From: an archaeon
Lineage (GTDB): Archaea; Asgardarchaeota; Thorarchaeia; Thorarchaeales; Thorarchaeaceae
NCBI GenBank assembly: GCA_024276825.1
Contig: JAJRWI010000010.1
Location: 1 to 64,000, forward strand
Direction: 5' to 3'
DNA length: 64,000 bases
This document shows positions 1 to 9,177 of this stretch, one piece after another. Within the stretch, counting starts at the first letter, position 1, and every line of letters begins with the position of its first letter. The position numbers and the translations under genes are program-made. The notes beneath the pieces are model-generated. The model saw only the letters and a list, made by a program, of their open reading frames with translations. It was not told the DNA's origin and did not search any database.

Positions 1-1383
1 TCCCGAGGAAATGTGGTCTGGGCCAAAGACGCCTTTGAAACAATCGGAGCAGATCCTTTCAGAATATACATGCTCACAAGGTCTGCATCATGGACACGTA
101 CCAACTACAGTCCAAAAGAGATCGAGCTCACACGCAAGAAGCTGGACATTCTATGGAATGTAGTCTTATTCGCAGAAACCTACATGGATCTCGATAAGTT
201 CACATATGATGAGAAACGTCTGATGAAAAGCTTGAAGAAGGCAGACCTTGAGGACAGATGGCTCCTTTCCAGAGTACACAGCATGTTGGAAGGGTATCAT
301 TCATATATGGACAAGTATCTCTGGCATCATGCCGGTAGGACATTGCTGGAGTTCATATCTGAGGATCTCAGTAGAGTTTACCTGCCCCTCGTAAAGAAGA
401 GAGTCTGGCTGGACAGTGAGGACCCGAGAAAGGTCGTGGCCTACGATGTGCTATATTACACCCTTAGCATTGTCCTCAGATCTCTGAACCCATTCACACC
501 ATTCATAGCTGAAAAACTGCACAGGGACTTCCTAATGCGATTTGGAAAGCAGCCAGAATCTATCAATCTGACAGACATGCCAGAGGTCAACAAGAAGATC
601 TTGGACAAAGACCTTGAAGCCACCTTCGATTTGCTTCAAGAACTTAGAAGCGCGACCAGTCATGCCAGAAACAAGAGAAGCATAAAACTCAGACATCCAG
701 TCGCAAAAGTGATTCTGGTTTCACAAGACAAGGATGTACGAAGAAGGGCCGAGAGTCTGAAAGACATCCTATTAGACGACCTGAACACAAGAGAGTTTGA
801 GGTTCACGAGTCAGACATAATGGAGGGCTTCATAGAACTCAAGGTAAAGCCGAACTACAAATCACTCGGTCCTAAGGTCAAGAAGCTCATGAGCAAGCTT
901 GTTGCAAGACTCAACGAGATAGATGCTCAACAGTTGCGCGAAGACTTGGAATCAGGTTCAGCCACAATAGAAGTGCAGGGTCATGAGGTGACTCTCGAAC
1001 AGGGCGATATCGAGTTTGAGGAGAGCCTTCCAGAACACCTGAGCTTTGCAGAGACCAAGTTCGGCAAGATCTATGTTGATGTCACAAGAACGAAAGAACT
1101 TGAAGCCGAAGGACTAGTCCGTGATGTCATCCGCAGAGTTCAGGTCATGAGAAAGGAACTAGACCTGAAGGTCGAACAGTCAATAGACCTCGTGATAAGG
1201 TTCTCTGATGATGAGTCCAGAGAACTTGTAGAGATGTTTAAAGACTTCCTTGCGAATGAGACCCGTGCAGATGGCCTTAATCTTATTGGGCCAAAGGGCA
1301 AGGCAAACTGGAAGAGCTACAAGTACGTGAAAGAATGGGAAATCGACGAGTTGAAGATAAAGGTCGGGATGAACCCAAAATAG
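1..1383 (+). CDS. ileS: Isoleucine--tRNA ligase, C-terminal part (5' truncated by window)
   Basis: Frame open from base 1 (SRGNVV, directly after the KMSKS position); GADPFRIY, DRWLLSR, PFTPFIAE, IKLRHP and EGLVRDVIRRVQVMRK motifs of archaeal/eukaryote-type IleRS. Confidence 0.9.
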   Translation, partial: SRGNVVWAKDAFETIGADPFRIYMLTRSASWTRTNYSPKEIELTRKKLDILWNVVLFAETYMDLDKFTYDEKRLMKSLKKADLEDRWLLSRVHSMLEGYHSYMDKYLWHHAGRTLLEFISEDLSRVYLPLVKKRVWLDSEDPRKVVAYDVLYYTLSIVLRSLNPFTPFIAEKLHRDFLMRFGKQPESINLTDMPEVNKKILDKDLEATFDLLQELRSATSHARNKRSIKLRHPVAKVILVSQDKDVRRRAESLKDILLDDLNTREFEVHESDIMEGFIELKVKPNYKSLGPKVKKLMSKLVARLNEIDAQQLREDLESGSATIEVQGHEVTLEQGDIEFEESLPEHLSFAETKFGKIYVDVTRTKELEAEGLVRDVIRRVQVMRKELDLKVEQSIDLVIRFSDDESRELVEMFKDFLANETRADGLNLIGPKGKANWKSYKYVKEWEIDELKIKVGMNPK

Positions 1384-1389
1384 AACACA

Positions 1390-2700
1390 TTATTTAACCA
1401 ACTCGCGGAGAAGTTCATAGTAGAACTCTCCATTCTTTATAATAGAGCTCAGACTGACATTCTCGTTAGGACCATGGAGATTAAGACCAATAGGCCCAAA
1501 ATCGAATAGCTCTGCAGAATCTGCAAAGTACCGTGAATCGGACGCTCCTGAACCCTCAGTTAAGACGACATTCATTGAAAGGCGTTCCAGTGCATTCATT
1601 GCAGCTCTTATCAAGTGGGAGTTGACATCCACATTCACGAAACCTGCACCACTGACAACGCTCACCTCTACATTGCCTAGTATGTCAGCGAGATTCATTT
1701 CGAACGCCCTCTTAACACTAATCTTGTCATTAGTCATTGCTCGAATATCACAGACCAAGGTCCAAGTATCGTCCTCTAGTGAAAGCAAGTTGGGCCAAAT
1801 CACAGTGCCTATGCGAGAGGGTTTTGCATCGAAGGAGATGTTTGATATTGTGAGCAGAGCGCGAACCATTTTGGTGAGTGACAGGTCATATGTGATCTCA
1901 TCATCCCCATCAGGAAAAACAAGATCGAGCTCGACCCACTCAGGCACAATGTTCGTCTTCAGAAATGACCCACGAACATCCTTGACAAGCACCTCTGGAT
2001 TGAGTAGGAGATATCTTGAAGCCGCTAGGAACGCGTGTCTGTCAACGCCCCGACGCAGGTATGCAGAGTGCCGCGAGTTGCTGGCAAAGGTTTCAGTGGT
2101 GAACTGCATGGTTTCAACACGGCCCCTTGTAACTTGTTGCTCTCTCTTGATACGAAATGTTGTAGGTAGCGCATTTCTCCGCTTGAACACAATCTGCTGG
2201 CCAACACCATCGGCAATCACAACATAGTCAGGAGAGAGATCATGCTCCTGAAGCCACCTCTTGAGATAGAGAGCACCGTTAGCGCCGCCAATCTCTTCAT
2301 CACCAGAGGCTGCAATCATGACAGTACAGGGAAAAGACTCGTTGGACAGACGTTCAGCCATCAACAACATTGATACAATGTTTCCCTTATTATCGCAAGT
2401 GCCACGCCCATAAGCAATATCACCGTCGACTTTCAGTTCGAAAGGGTCCGAGTTCCAGCCATCACCAACGGGAACCACATCGAAATGTGCAAGAAAGAGC
2501 ACCTTCGGGCCTTGAGCTTCCCTGACGCCAAAGGCGGTGTAAAAGCCATTGGACTCTAACACTCGGGCGTCAAAGTCAAACTGGAACAAGACATCCACAA
2601 TGTATTCAGGACACTCACGGCCAGGACGCTTATCAACACCATCATTAACAGTGTTGAACGCCACAAGGTTTCTCAGGAGATGTAGAGGGTTGAGTTTCAT
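1390..2700 (-). CDS. M20/DapE-ArgE family metallopeptidase/deacylase
   Basis: AHFDVVP, GRGTCDNKG, GDEEIGG, GASDSRYF, HGPNE motifs. Confidence 0.85.
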   Translation of the reverse strand: MKLNPLHLLRNLVAFNTVNDGVDKRPGRECPEYIVDVLFQFDFDARVLESNGFYTAFGVREAQGPKVLFLAHFDVVPVGDGWNSDPFELKVDGDIAYGRGTCDNKGNIVSMLLMAERLSNESFPCTVMIAASGDEEIGGANGALYLKRWLQEHDLSPDYVVIADGVGQQIVFKRRNALPTTFRIKREQQVTRGRVETMQFTTETFASNSRHSAYLRRGVDRHAFLAASRYLLLNPEVLVKDVRGSFLKTNIVPEWVELDLVFPDGDDEITYDLSLTKMVRALLTISNISFDAKPSRIGTVIWPNLLSLEDDTWTLVCDIRAMTNDKISVKRAFEMNLADILGNVEVSVVSGAGFVNVDVNSHLIRAAMNALERLSMNVVLTEGSGASDSRYFADSAELFDFGPIGLNLHGPNENVSLSSIIKNGEFYYELLRELVK

Positions 2701-2795
2701 AATCGGTCGCGTGTTGAAGCTCCATCAGAATGAAAAATCTATTTAATCGAGAAAAAAGAGCGAGGCGGGTGGCCCTACACCACCCAGTCTGTAGA

Positions 2796-5009
2796 TTATG
2801 TTCTCTTATAGATGTACCGGGACCATGAACTTGTGCTTGGCAGTTCCTCAGGCATGCCCTTTCTCTTGCGTATTTCCAAGATGATCTCTTTCTGAAGATT
2901 GCTTGGCAGGGGCTCAAAGCCGCGAAACTCGTATCCAAAGAAACTGCGGCCTGCGGTTGCGCTTCTGAACTCATCGGCAATGCCAATGGTTTCTGCAGTT
3001 GGCAGAGTTCCCTTGATTGTCACGGTCTCTTCTTCACCCTCGATTGTCAGGACCTGTCCCCTGTGTCCAGTTAGAACTTTGATGACTCCACCCTGAGTGT
3101 CGATGGGTGTCTTGATGTCAACATTCAGCACTGGCTCGTAGAGAGCAGGGTCTGCAGTCAGAAAGCTCATGTTAAGAGCGGAAGTGGTCATTGTTGCAAT
3201 CTCACTGTATCCCGTATGTGCAGGGTCTGTGTGGACTGTCGCGTCAGTGATTACCGCTCTAACTCCCATTACTGGCTCATGAGCAAGTGGACCCTTGTCG
3301 CAGAAGTCGTGAAAGATAGTGGTCACATAGGGGAGTATCCTGTCAAACCTCTGAACTCCACTCATTGCGTCCACAAGAATGTTGGTCTCATAAATGTCAA
3401 GGATCTTTCGGGCTTCCTTGGCATCCCAACCAGCCTCATCCCTGAGAATCTGGGCGCGTTCACGGGCTTGCTGGTCATTTGTGACCTTTTTCTTTTTAAT
3501 CAGTTCCACGGTCTTCTCATCAAGAGGCTCAAGGTATATCTTAATCCTGTTGTGTCCGTTTGGTGACTTTGTGTGGAATTCCTCACCACGCTTCGTGATC
3601 TTCTCTCGGTAGACCACTATCGGCTCCGACACATGAATCGGTACTTGCTCGTTGATACGTTTGGTGAGAATCTCTATCTGCAAGGGGTCTATGCCATCAA
3701 GTCGGTATTCCCCAGATTCCTTGTCATGCACAAACCTCGCTGTGGGATCAGCCATAATCCACTTTCTCACAACCTCGCCCAGCTTGGCAATGTCCTGTGG
3801 GTCCACTGGACGAATGCTTCGACTGACCACTGGCTCGCTCACATACTCGATGGCCTCAAAGCCCTTCATGTTGGACCCAGCCTCAACAAAGGACTCCCCT
3901 GATGGACACATGAAACCGAATATCGATACAAGGTTTCCAGCAGGTATGGCGTCCATGGGCAGAATGTCTGTGATCTCCTGCACACCCAGCCGCTTTATCC
4001 TCGCGTTCTGTTTCATGTTCACCAGTGTGATCTCCTGCCCTGACTTCAGAGTACCTGAGAACACTCGTCCGATCAGTGTTGGCCGCTTGCTCTTCGGGTC
4101 AACAAAGATCTTTGTGATCATGCCCAGCAATGGACCGTTCGGGTCACAACTCATTAACGCCTTGCCCTCTGGACTGTCAAGGTCACCCTTCCAGATTCGG
4201 GGGATCTTGTATTTTTGTGCCTCACGTGGGTTCGGCAAGTGGTAAACTATCATCTCAAGAAGGGCATCATCTAGCGGAAGGTTCTCACGCAACCACTTCT
4301 CGTCGCCCTCGTTATATTTCTCAAAAACCACTGTGGGCTTGATTCCCTTCTTCTGAAGAGTCTTCATTGTAAACGCCCAGCCAGTCTTCGCGCTGCCTAT
4401 TGCCACACTGCCCTTCTCAAAACTCACACGCCAGTCCTTGGCGTACTCCTTCGGCGCCACCTTCATGATCAACTCGTTGACCTTCGCAATAATGATGTCT
4501 ATTCGCTCATACACTTTCTTCGGCGGCAACTTCAACTCATTGATCAGCCTGTCAACCTTGTTGATGAATAACACTGGCTTGCATGCCTCACCACCGACGG
4601 CCAGCCGGATGTTGGTCTCCGTCTGTGTCATGACCCCCTCTAATGCATCCACCAATATTACAGCACCATCACTGGCGCGCAGTGCACGTGAAACCTCACC
4701 CGTGAAAGAGAGATGTCCTGGTGTGTCGGACAGCTGCACGAGGTACTCCTCGCCATCAATCTCGAAGTTCAGAAGAACAACGGAGGTGAAAATCGTGATT
4801 CCTCGCTCCTGCTCCTCCTCATCGCTATCGGTCATGAGAGCCTGCCCTGCGGCAGCATCGCTCATGAGACCAGCACGGCGCATTAGGTAGTCTGTGGTGG
4901 TGGTCTTGCCGTGATCGATGTGAGCGCTGATGGAAATGATACGTTTATGTTCATAATCATCCGATTGAATGAGCCGTTTGATAGCTTCAGGCTCTTTGAT
5001 CTTAACCAT
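2796..5009 (-). CDS. Elongation factor 2 family GTPase, likely the archaeal EF-2 paralog (aEF-2p)
   Basis: AHIDHGKTT, ERGITI, DTPGH, NKVD, KSPNGHNR; domain IV tip reads HTDPAHTG rather than canonical H..HRG, and DTPGHLSF rather than DTPGHVDF. Confidence 0.85.
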   Translation of the reverse strand: MVKIKEPEAIKRLIQSDDYEHKRIISISAHIDHGKTTTTDYLMRRAGLMSDAAAGQALMTDSDEEEQERGITIFTSVVLLNFEIDGEEYLVQLSDTPGHLSFTGEVSRALRASDGAVILVDALEGVMTQTETNIRLAVGGEACKPVLFINKVDRLINELKLPPKKVYERIDIIIAKVNELIMKVAPKEYAKDWRVSFEKGSVAIGSAKTGWAFTMKTLQKKGIKPTVVFEKYNEGDEKWLRENLPLDDALLEMIVYHLPNPREAQKYKIPRIWKGDLDSPEGKALMSCDPNGPLLGMITKIFVDPKSKRPTLIGRVFSGTLKSGQEITLVNMKQNARIKRLGVQEITDILPMDAIPAGNLVSIFGFMCPSGESFVEAGSNMKGFEAIEYVSEPVVSRSIRPVDPQDIAKLGEVVRKWIMADPTARFVHDKESGEYRLDGIDPLQIEILTKRINEQVPIHVSEPIVVYREKITKRGEEFHTKSPNGHNRIKIYLEPLDEKTVELIKKKKVTNDQQARERAQILRDEAGWDAKEARKILDIYETNILVDAMSGVQRFDRILPYVTTIFHDFCDKGPLAHEPVMGVRAVITDATVHTDPAHTGYSEIATMTTSALNMSFLTADPALYEPVLNVDIKTPIDTQGGVIKVLTGHRGQVLTIEGEEETVTIKGTLPTAETIGIADEFRSATAGRSFFGYEFRGFEPLPSNLQKEIILEIRKRKGMPEELPSTSSWSRYIYKRT

Positions 5010-5036
5010 TGTCTTGACTTCTCCTAGTCTGTGTTT

Positions 5037-5115
5037 ACCGTGAGAGTGATACTGACCCTGACTGCCGAAAGATTCACGAGAGAACTCGGGCCGGGGTCAC
5101 CGATACCTCACCGGT
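5037..5115 (-). promoter_or_regulatory. Long imperfect stem-loop in the presumed 5' leader of the EF-2 paralog
   Basis: Nested pairings ACCG/CGGT, TGAG/CTCA, TGACCC/GGGTCA, CCGA/TCGG; TTTTAAG TATA-like box near 5144-5150 on the minus strand. Confidence 0.5.
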
Positions 5116-5207
5116 GGCCTTTGAGTGAAGCTCAAGGGGATTCTTAAAAGAATTTCGTCAGGGACATCCGATTTGTGCATATATAGGGGATGGGGGCGAC
5201 TGCAGTC

Positions 5208-5996
5208 CTATTTGACTGCGACGACGACCATTCTGTTGGAGTTATGAGAATAGGGCATTCGAGGTAGGGCGTTGCTGCCAAAGAATTCAATCTTGGAGAA
5301 GCCGACCTCATCGAGCATCTGATTTATCTCAAGGGCAGTGTACATGCGGATGTCGTTGTTGGAGAGGGCATCCTCGTTCATGTGGATAAGGAGGTTATTC
5401 TCAATATCGATGAATACAGCTGGCCTGCCGCGCAAAACGCCAGCTTGAGCATCGAGAACATGTGGTTCGCTAAGTAGGTATCCGCCCTCAAGGCGTGTCC
5501 AGGTCTTCTGGAAATGTGGGAGGTTATAGGGGTTGATCAGGTCTAGAAGCAGGCGACCGTTCGGTTTCAGGGCCGCAAAAGTGTGCTTCAAGACATTCTT
5601 GTTCTCTTCATGGTTAAAGAATCCAAAGCTGTGACTAAGGAGCACAGCAGCATCGAACTTGCGATCAAAAGAGATCTCACGCATGTCACCCTGAAACAGG
5701 ATGATGTCAAGGTCCTCTTCTTTGGCCCTGTTCTTGGCGTAGTTGATGAGAGAGTTTGCGATGTCAAAGCCTGTGACTTTGATGCCATGACGTGCGAACT
5801 CAATGCAGTGATCACCAGCACCGCAGGCGATATCAAGTACTGACTTTCCCTCAGTGAGATTGAGCACATTAATACAAAACTCGACAATCATGCGGTCATA
5901 TTCATGAATACCCTGCATGGACCTTCTGTGCCGGATTCTGAACAGTTCTGCCCAGAACTCATCCCAGCCGCGACTGACTTCTTCCATGGTGTCCAC
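5208..5996 (-). CDS. Class I SAM-dependent methyltransferase
   Basis: VLDIACGAG, GDMR, SFGFF, LKPNGRLLLD motifs. Confidence 0.85.
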   Translation of the reverse strand: MDTMEEVSRGWDEFWAELFRIRHRRSMQGIHEYDRMIVEFCINVLNLTEGKSVLDIACGAGDHCIEFARHGIKVTGFDIANSLINYAKNRAKEEDLDIILFQGDMREISFDRKFDAAVLLSHSFGFFNHEENKNVLKHTFAALKPNGRLLLDLINPYNLPHFQKTWTRLEGGYLLSEPHVLDAQAGVLRGRPAVFIDIENNLLIHMNEDALSNNDIRMYTALEINQMLDEVGFSKIEFFGSNALPRMPYSHNSNRMVVVAVK

Positions 5997-6167
5997 TTCT
6001 GTCTAAGAAAATGGCAAAGCGAGAATATGAAGGTTGTCATCATCAAGGAGTCAGAGCAAGCTGCAAGTGCTATCCCATTATTATTGAGTGCTTGATGTAA
6101 GTATTCTTGATTCAAGAGATTAACAAGGTTTATTTTTGCCCAAGCCATTGGGTAAATGGTGTTGATA

Positions 6168-6410
6168 ATGACCGAAACTCGATATTACAAGGACAAGATA
6201 TACATTCCCCGAGAGATCCGAGAGAGATTGAATCTCAGTGAGGGAGATATCATCCAGTTCAAAATAACAGAAGATGGAGAGATTCGATTGGTAGTTCTGA
6301 AGGCCAATGAGGCAAGAAACCGTCTGCTTGAATGCCTTGACAATCCACCCAATCTGGGAAGTATCTTTGGCTCATTAAGGAGAACTGAGATCTATGAAGA
6401 TCTTGCTTGA
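6168..6410 (+). CDS. AbrB/MazE/SpoVT-type antitoxin (VapB-like)
   Basis: IYIPREIRERLNLSEGDIIQF swapped-hairpin motif; overlaps the downstream PIN gene; start could be 6156 or 6168. Confidence 0.8.
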   Translation: MTETRYYKDKIYIPREIRERLNLSEGDIIQFKITEDGEIRLVVLKANEARNRLLECLDNPPNLGSIFGSLRRTEIYEDLA

Positions 6411-6831
6411 TACGAATATTCTTGTACATGCTTTCAATATGGCATCACCGAAACATCAGAAGGCCAAAAGGATTGTAAAAAGAGCACTTCAGTCAAAGAT
6501 TAAGGCATACCTTACTCCTCAGATTCTCTATGAGTTTTTCTCGGTCATTACCAATCCAAGACAAGTTGAACAGCCATTGTCCTCGGTTGAGGCTGCAAGG
6601 ATCTGTGAGGATTTACAAATATGCCATCAAATTAAAACTATAAGTCCAGGAAATGGTACAGTTTCACTTGTATTTTCTCTAGTCAAACAACATGGTTTCA
6701 CAGGAGCCAAAATATTTGATTGCATCATTGCAGCAGTAGCCAAGGAGTCTGAAGTAGATTGCATTTATACTGAAAACATCAGCGATTTCAAGGTATTTGG
6801 TTTTCTGAAGATTGTTAATCCCCTCAAATAG
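6394..6831 (+). CDS. vapC: PIN-domain toxin (VapC)
   Basis: LLDTNILV, E in ILYEF, FDCIIAA, YTEN..DF acidic PIN residues. Confidence 0.85.
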   Translation: MKILLDTNILVHAFNMASPKHQKAKRIVKRALQSKIKAYLTPQILYEFFSVITNPRQVEQPLSSVEAARICEDLQICHQIKTISPGNGTVSLVFSLVKQHGFTGAKIFDCIIAAVAKESEVDCIYTENISDFKVFGFLKIVNPLK

Positions 6832-6992
6832 TGTATTCTCAACAGCGCACCCCTCATACTCCAATTAGAAACTCCTGATTGCAACACATTAGTGTGGATA
6901 TATACTTTCAATTATTTCAATAAATAGATATTAGATATAACTACAGAATCAGTCAGTGATAATACCTATAGACAGAATGAGAAAAAGGAAGA

Positions 6993-7089
6993 TGGAGATG
7001 CCCGCATACCTGTTGATCTCCGCCGGGAGGACGTAGACTAAGGCAACAGTAGCTCTTATGAGCTTATATTATGCGGGCCTTGGTCTCCA
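6993..7089. ncRNA. Candidate structured RNA (three-way junction)
   Basis: GCCCGCATA/TATGCGGGC, CTGTTG/CAACAG, AGCTC/GAGCT, CTCC/GGAG, TGGAGA/TCTCCA pairings in a GC-rich patch within AT-rich intergenic DNA. Confidence 0.45.
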
Positions 7090-7271
7090 CGTTTATAAAC
7101 GGCATTTATGCCTATAAATATAATGGTGCTACAAAAAAGCATAACTTGCGACTATTTTTAGAGAGGTTTGATGGGTTTATTGGGATTATGTTAAGGAATG
7201 GAACCAAATGGACGAGTTACATCTCAAGAATGATGAGTTCAATAAATGCTGGGATAAAAATCGATAAGATA

Positions 7272-7347
7272 TGGTAGCCCCGGCAGGACTCGAACCTGCG
7301 TCCAGCGGGCCAGAACCGCTGATGCTTGACCGCTACACCACGGGGCT
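7272..7347 (-). tRNA. tRNA-Gln(CUG), CCA encoded, no intron
   Basis: AGCCCCG/CGGGGCT acceptor stem (A1-U72, typical of archaeal tRNA-Gln), AGCGG-TT CTG GC-CCGCT anticodon arm, GGTTCGAGTCC T-arm, 3' ACCA. Confidence 0.95.
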
Positions 7348-7430
7348 AGACAAGGACTTGCAGCGAAGCAGTCATGAAATGAATTTTAGCTTTTTGGTGC
7401 GAAAGAAAGCAGAGAGTTAATTAGAGAGAA

Positions 7431-8189
7431 GTGGAAGAAGCAGCACGATGTGAAATGCCGCTCTGGTATCAACTCACATATCCGCAGTTCATAAAGGCAT
7501 CTCAAGAAACCGAAGTCGCAGTGATGATAACTGGGTCACTGGAAGCACATGGCAAGCATTTGGCGTTGGGTACTGACACAGTAATGCCTGAGTATATAAG
7601 CAAGGCAATTGCTGAACGGACAAAGGCGATGGTTCTTCCACCGATACCATTCGGAGATAGCTGGAGTTTTGAGAATTTTGAGGGCACAATCTCTGTGAGC
7701 CCAATCAACCTGATAAACTTCTACATAGACATAATGAAGGGTGTCTTTAAACAAGGCTTCAGATATATTGTTGCTCTGAATGGACACGGCGGCAACTCGT
7801 CCCATCTTGAGAGTGCTGCAAAGATTGCCACCAAAAAGGGGGACCGAATTGTCATCATTGTGAACTGGTGGCGTGATCTTGCTGAGGAGGTCCGAAGAGA
7901 AGTGCTGGAAACCCGCGAGGGACACAGTGCAGAGGACGAAACCTCGGTGATGATGCATGTGGCTCCCGAGCTTGTAGATATGGCATCTGCAAAGCCAGCA
8001 ATTGTAAGGTCGCAGTTCAGGGTCGTAGCTGCGAGTTATAGAGAGGAGATCTACCCTGAGGCAATATATGGGGACCCGACCAGTGCAAATGCTGAGAAGG
8101 GAAAGGCAATACTAAATCAGGCCATTGATGATCTAGTCAGACTGATTGAAGACTTAGAGCGAGGAAAGCTTCCACTCATCGAAGACTAG
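7431..8189 (+). CDS. Creatininase/ArfB-family amidohydrolase
   Basis: GSLEAHGKHL..GTD, LNGHGGN, GHSAEDET motifs. Confidence 0.85.
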   Translation: MEEAARCEMPLWYQLTYPQFIKASQETEVAVMITGSLEAHGKHLALGTDTVMPEYISKAIAERTKAMVLPPIPFGDSWSFENFEGTISVSPINLINFYIDIMKGVFKQGFRYIVALNGHGGNSSHLESAAKIATKKGDRIVIIVNWWRDLAEEVRREVLETREGHSAEDETSVMMHVAPELVDMASAKPAIVRSQFRVVAASYREEIYPEAIYGDPTSANAEKGKAILNQAIDDLVRLIEDLERGKLPLIED

Positions 8190-9025
8190 ATTCCCACTTT
8201 GAAGATCAGGGCATCACGCAGGATTCGTTGAAACATCCTAATGAGGCTCTTTCCATTGGTGGCCACAGTTTCAAAAACGGGATATCCTTCAAGGCCCAAG
8301 ACATCAATCATATACTCCATAGGTAGTGCGTTGGGGAGGTCTCGTTTGTTTAGTGCTACAATGATTGGTAGCATGGTGAGCCTATCTGTTCCAAGTGCAA
8401 TACGAAGCTCCTGAATCGATGCAAGGTTTTCATTCATCTGCTCTGGTGCGGAGTCGGCCATGAAGATTAGCCCATCAACATCTCTCAAGACTTTAATCCT
8501 GTTGCTTGCATGCCGTCGTTGCCCTGCAACAGTGAAGACATCAAAGACTATCTTGTTGTTTGCAGTCACGGGTACAAAGTCGAAGAATGTGGTTCTTCCA
8601 CGTTCATCTGAGATCTCAACAATCTTGCCTTTTGAGAGAGAACGAACATTAGCGAACAGCCATCTCAGAGCAGTTGTCTTTCCAGAAAGAGATGGACCAT
8701 AGAAGACAATCTTGATGTGAATGCGTCCTTTAGCGTCACGACGAATACTTTTTCCAGGTACAATCTCAACAGTTGCCTGAGGACGGATATTAGCATCTTT
8801 AGCAAGTTGCTGGGTTGCTTCGCGATCAATTTGAAGGCTGTCCGATTCAGCAACGAGTGAACCCATAGGCTTCGGACTTGTTAAAATGAATCTGGAGGTT
8901 GAGGGAGTTGGTGATGGTGGCTCCTCTGTTTCAACCACAGGTGAAGGCTTTATTGAAGGAGTAGTCCCACCCTCACTTTCTGTGTCCTGTGCTTTCCTCC
9001 GGCGAAACCTACGAAGTATTGGCAA
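8186..9025 (-). CDS. MglA-like small GTPase with basic/Pro-rich N-terminal extension
   Basis: KIVFYGPSLSGKTT, RTTFFDF, FTVAGQ, NKRD, TVA motifs characteristic of the MglA family. Confidence 0.85.
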   Translation of the reverse strand: MPILRRFRRRKAQDTESEGGTTPSIKPSPVVETEEPPSPTPSTSRFILTSPKPMGSLVAESDSLQIDREATQQLAKDANIRPQATVEIVPGKSIRRDAKGRIHIKIVFYGPSLSGKTTALRWLFANVRSLSKGKIVEISDERGRTTFFDFVPVTANNKIVFDVFTVAGQRRHASNRIKVLRDVDGLIFMADSAPEQMNENLASIQELRIALGTDRLTMLPIIVALNKRDLPNALPMEYMIDVLGLEGYPVFETVATNGKSLIRMFQRILRDALIFKVGI

Positions 9026-9177
9026 TACTCTCTCTCTCTTGAATTCCTTTCATATAATGGAAAAATCCCCATGACTTAAAGTTTGTCTGTAATTACTCCG
9101 GGTTTAAATTATCAGATGATTTTAATAAATTTAGCGAGCTTCGAGAGCTTTATAGCGAATGCATGGTTTTCTGTGTT

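Noticed and set aside
6993-7089. 5S rRNA or tRNA-associated HDV-like ribozyme
   Set aside because: No 5S conserved sequence; no nested double pseudoknot could be built, and it lies ~180 nt from the tRNA 3' end.
7071-7277. 68-aa ORF next to the tRNA
   Set aside because: AT-rich, overlaps the structured element and the tRNA end, and has no recognisable motif.
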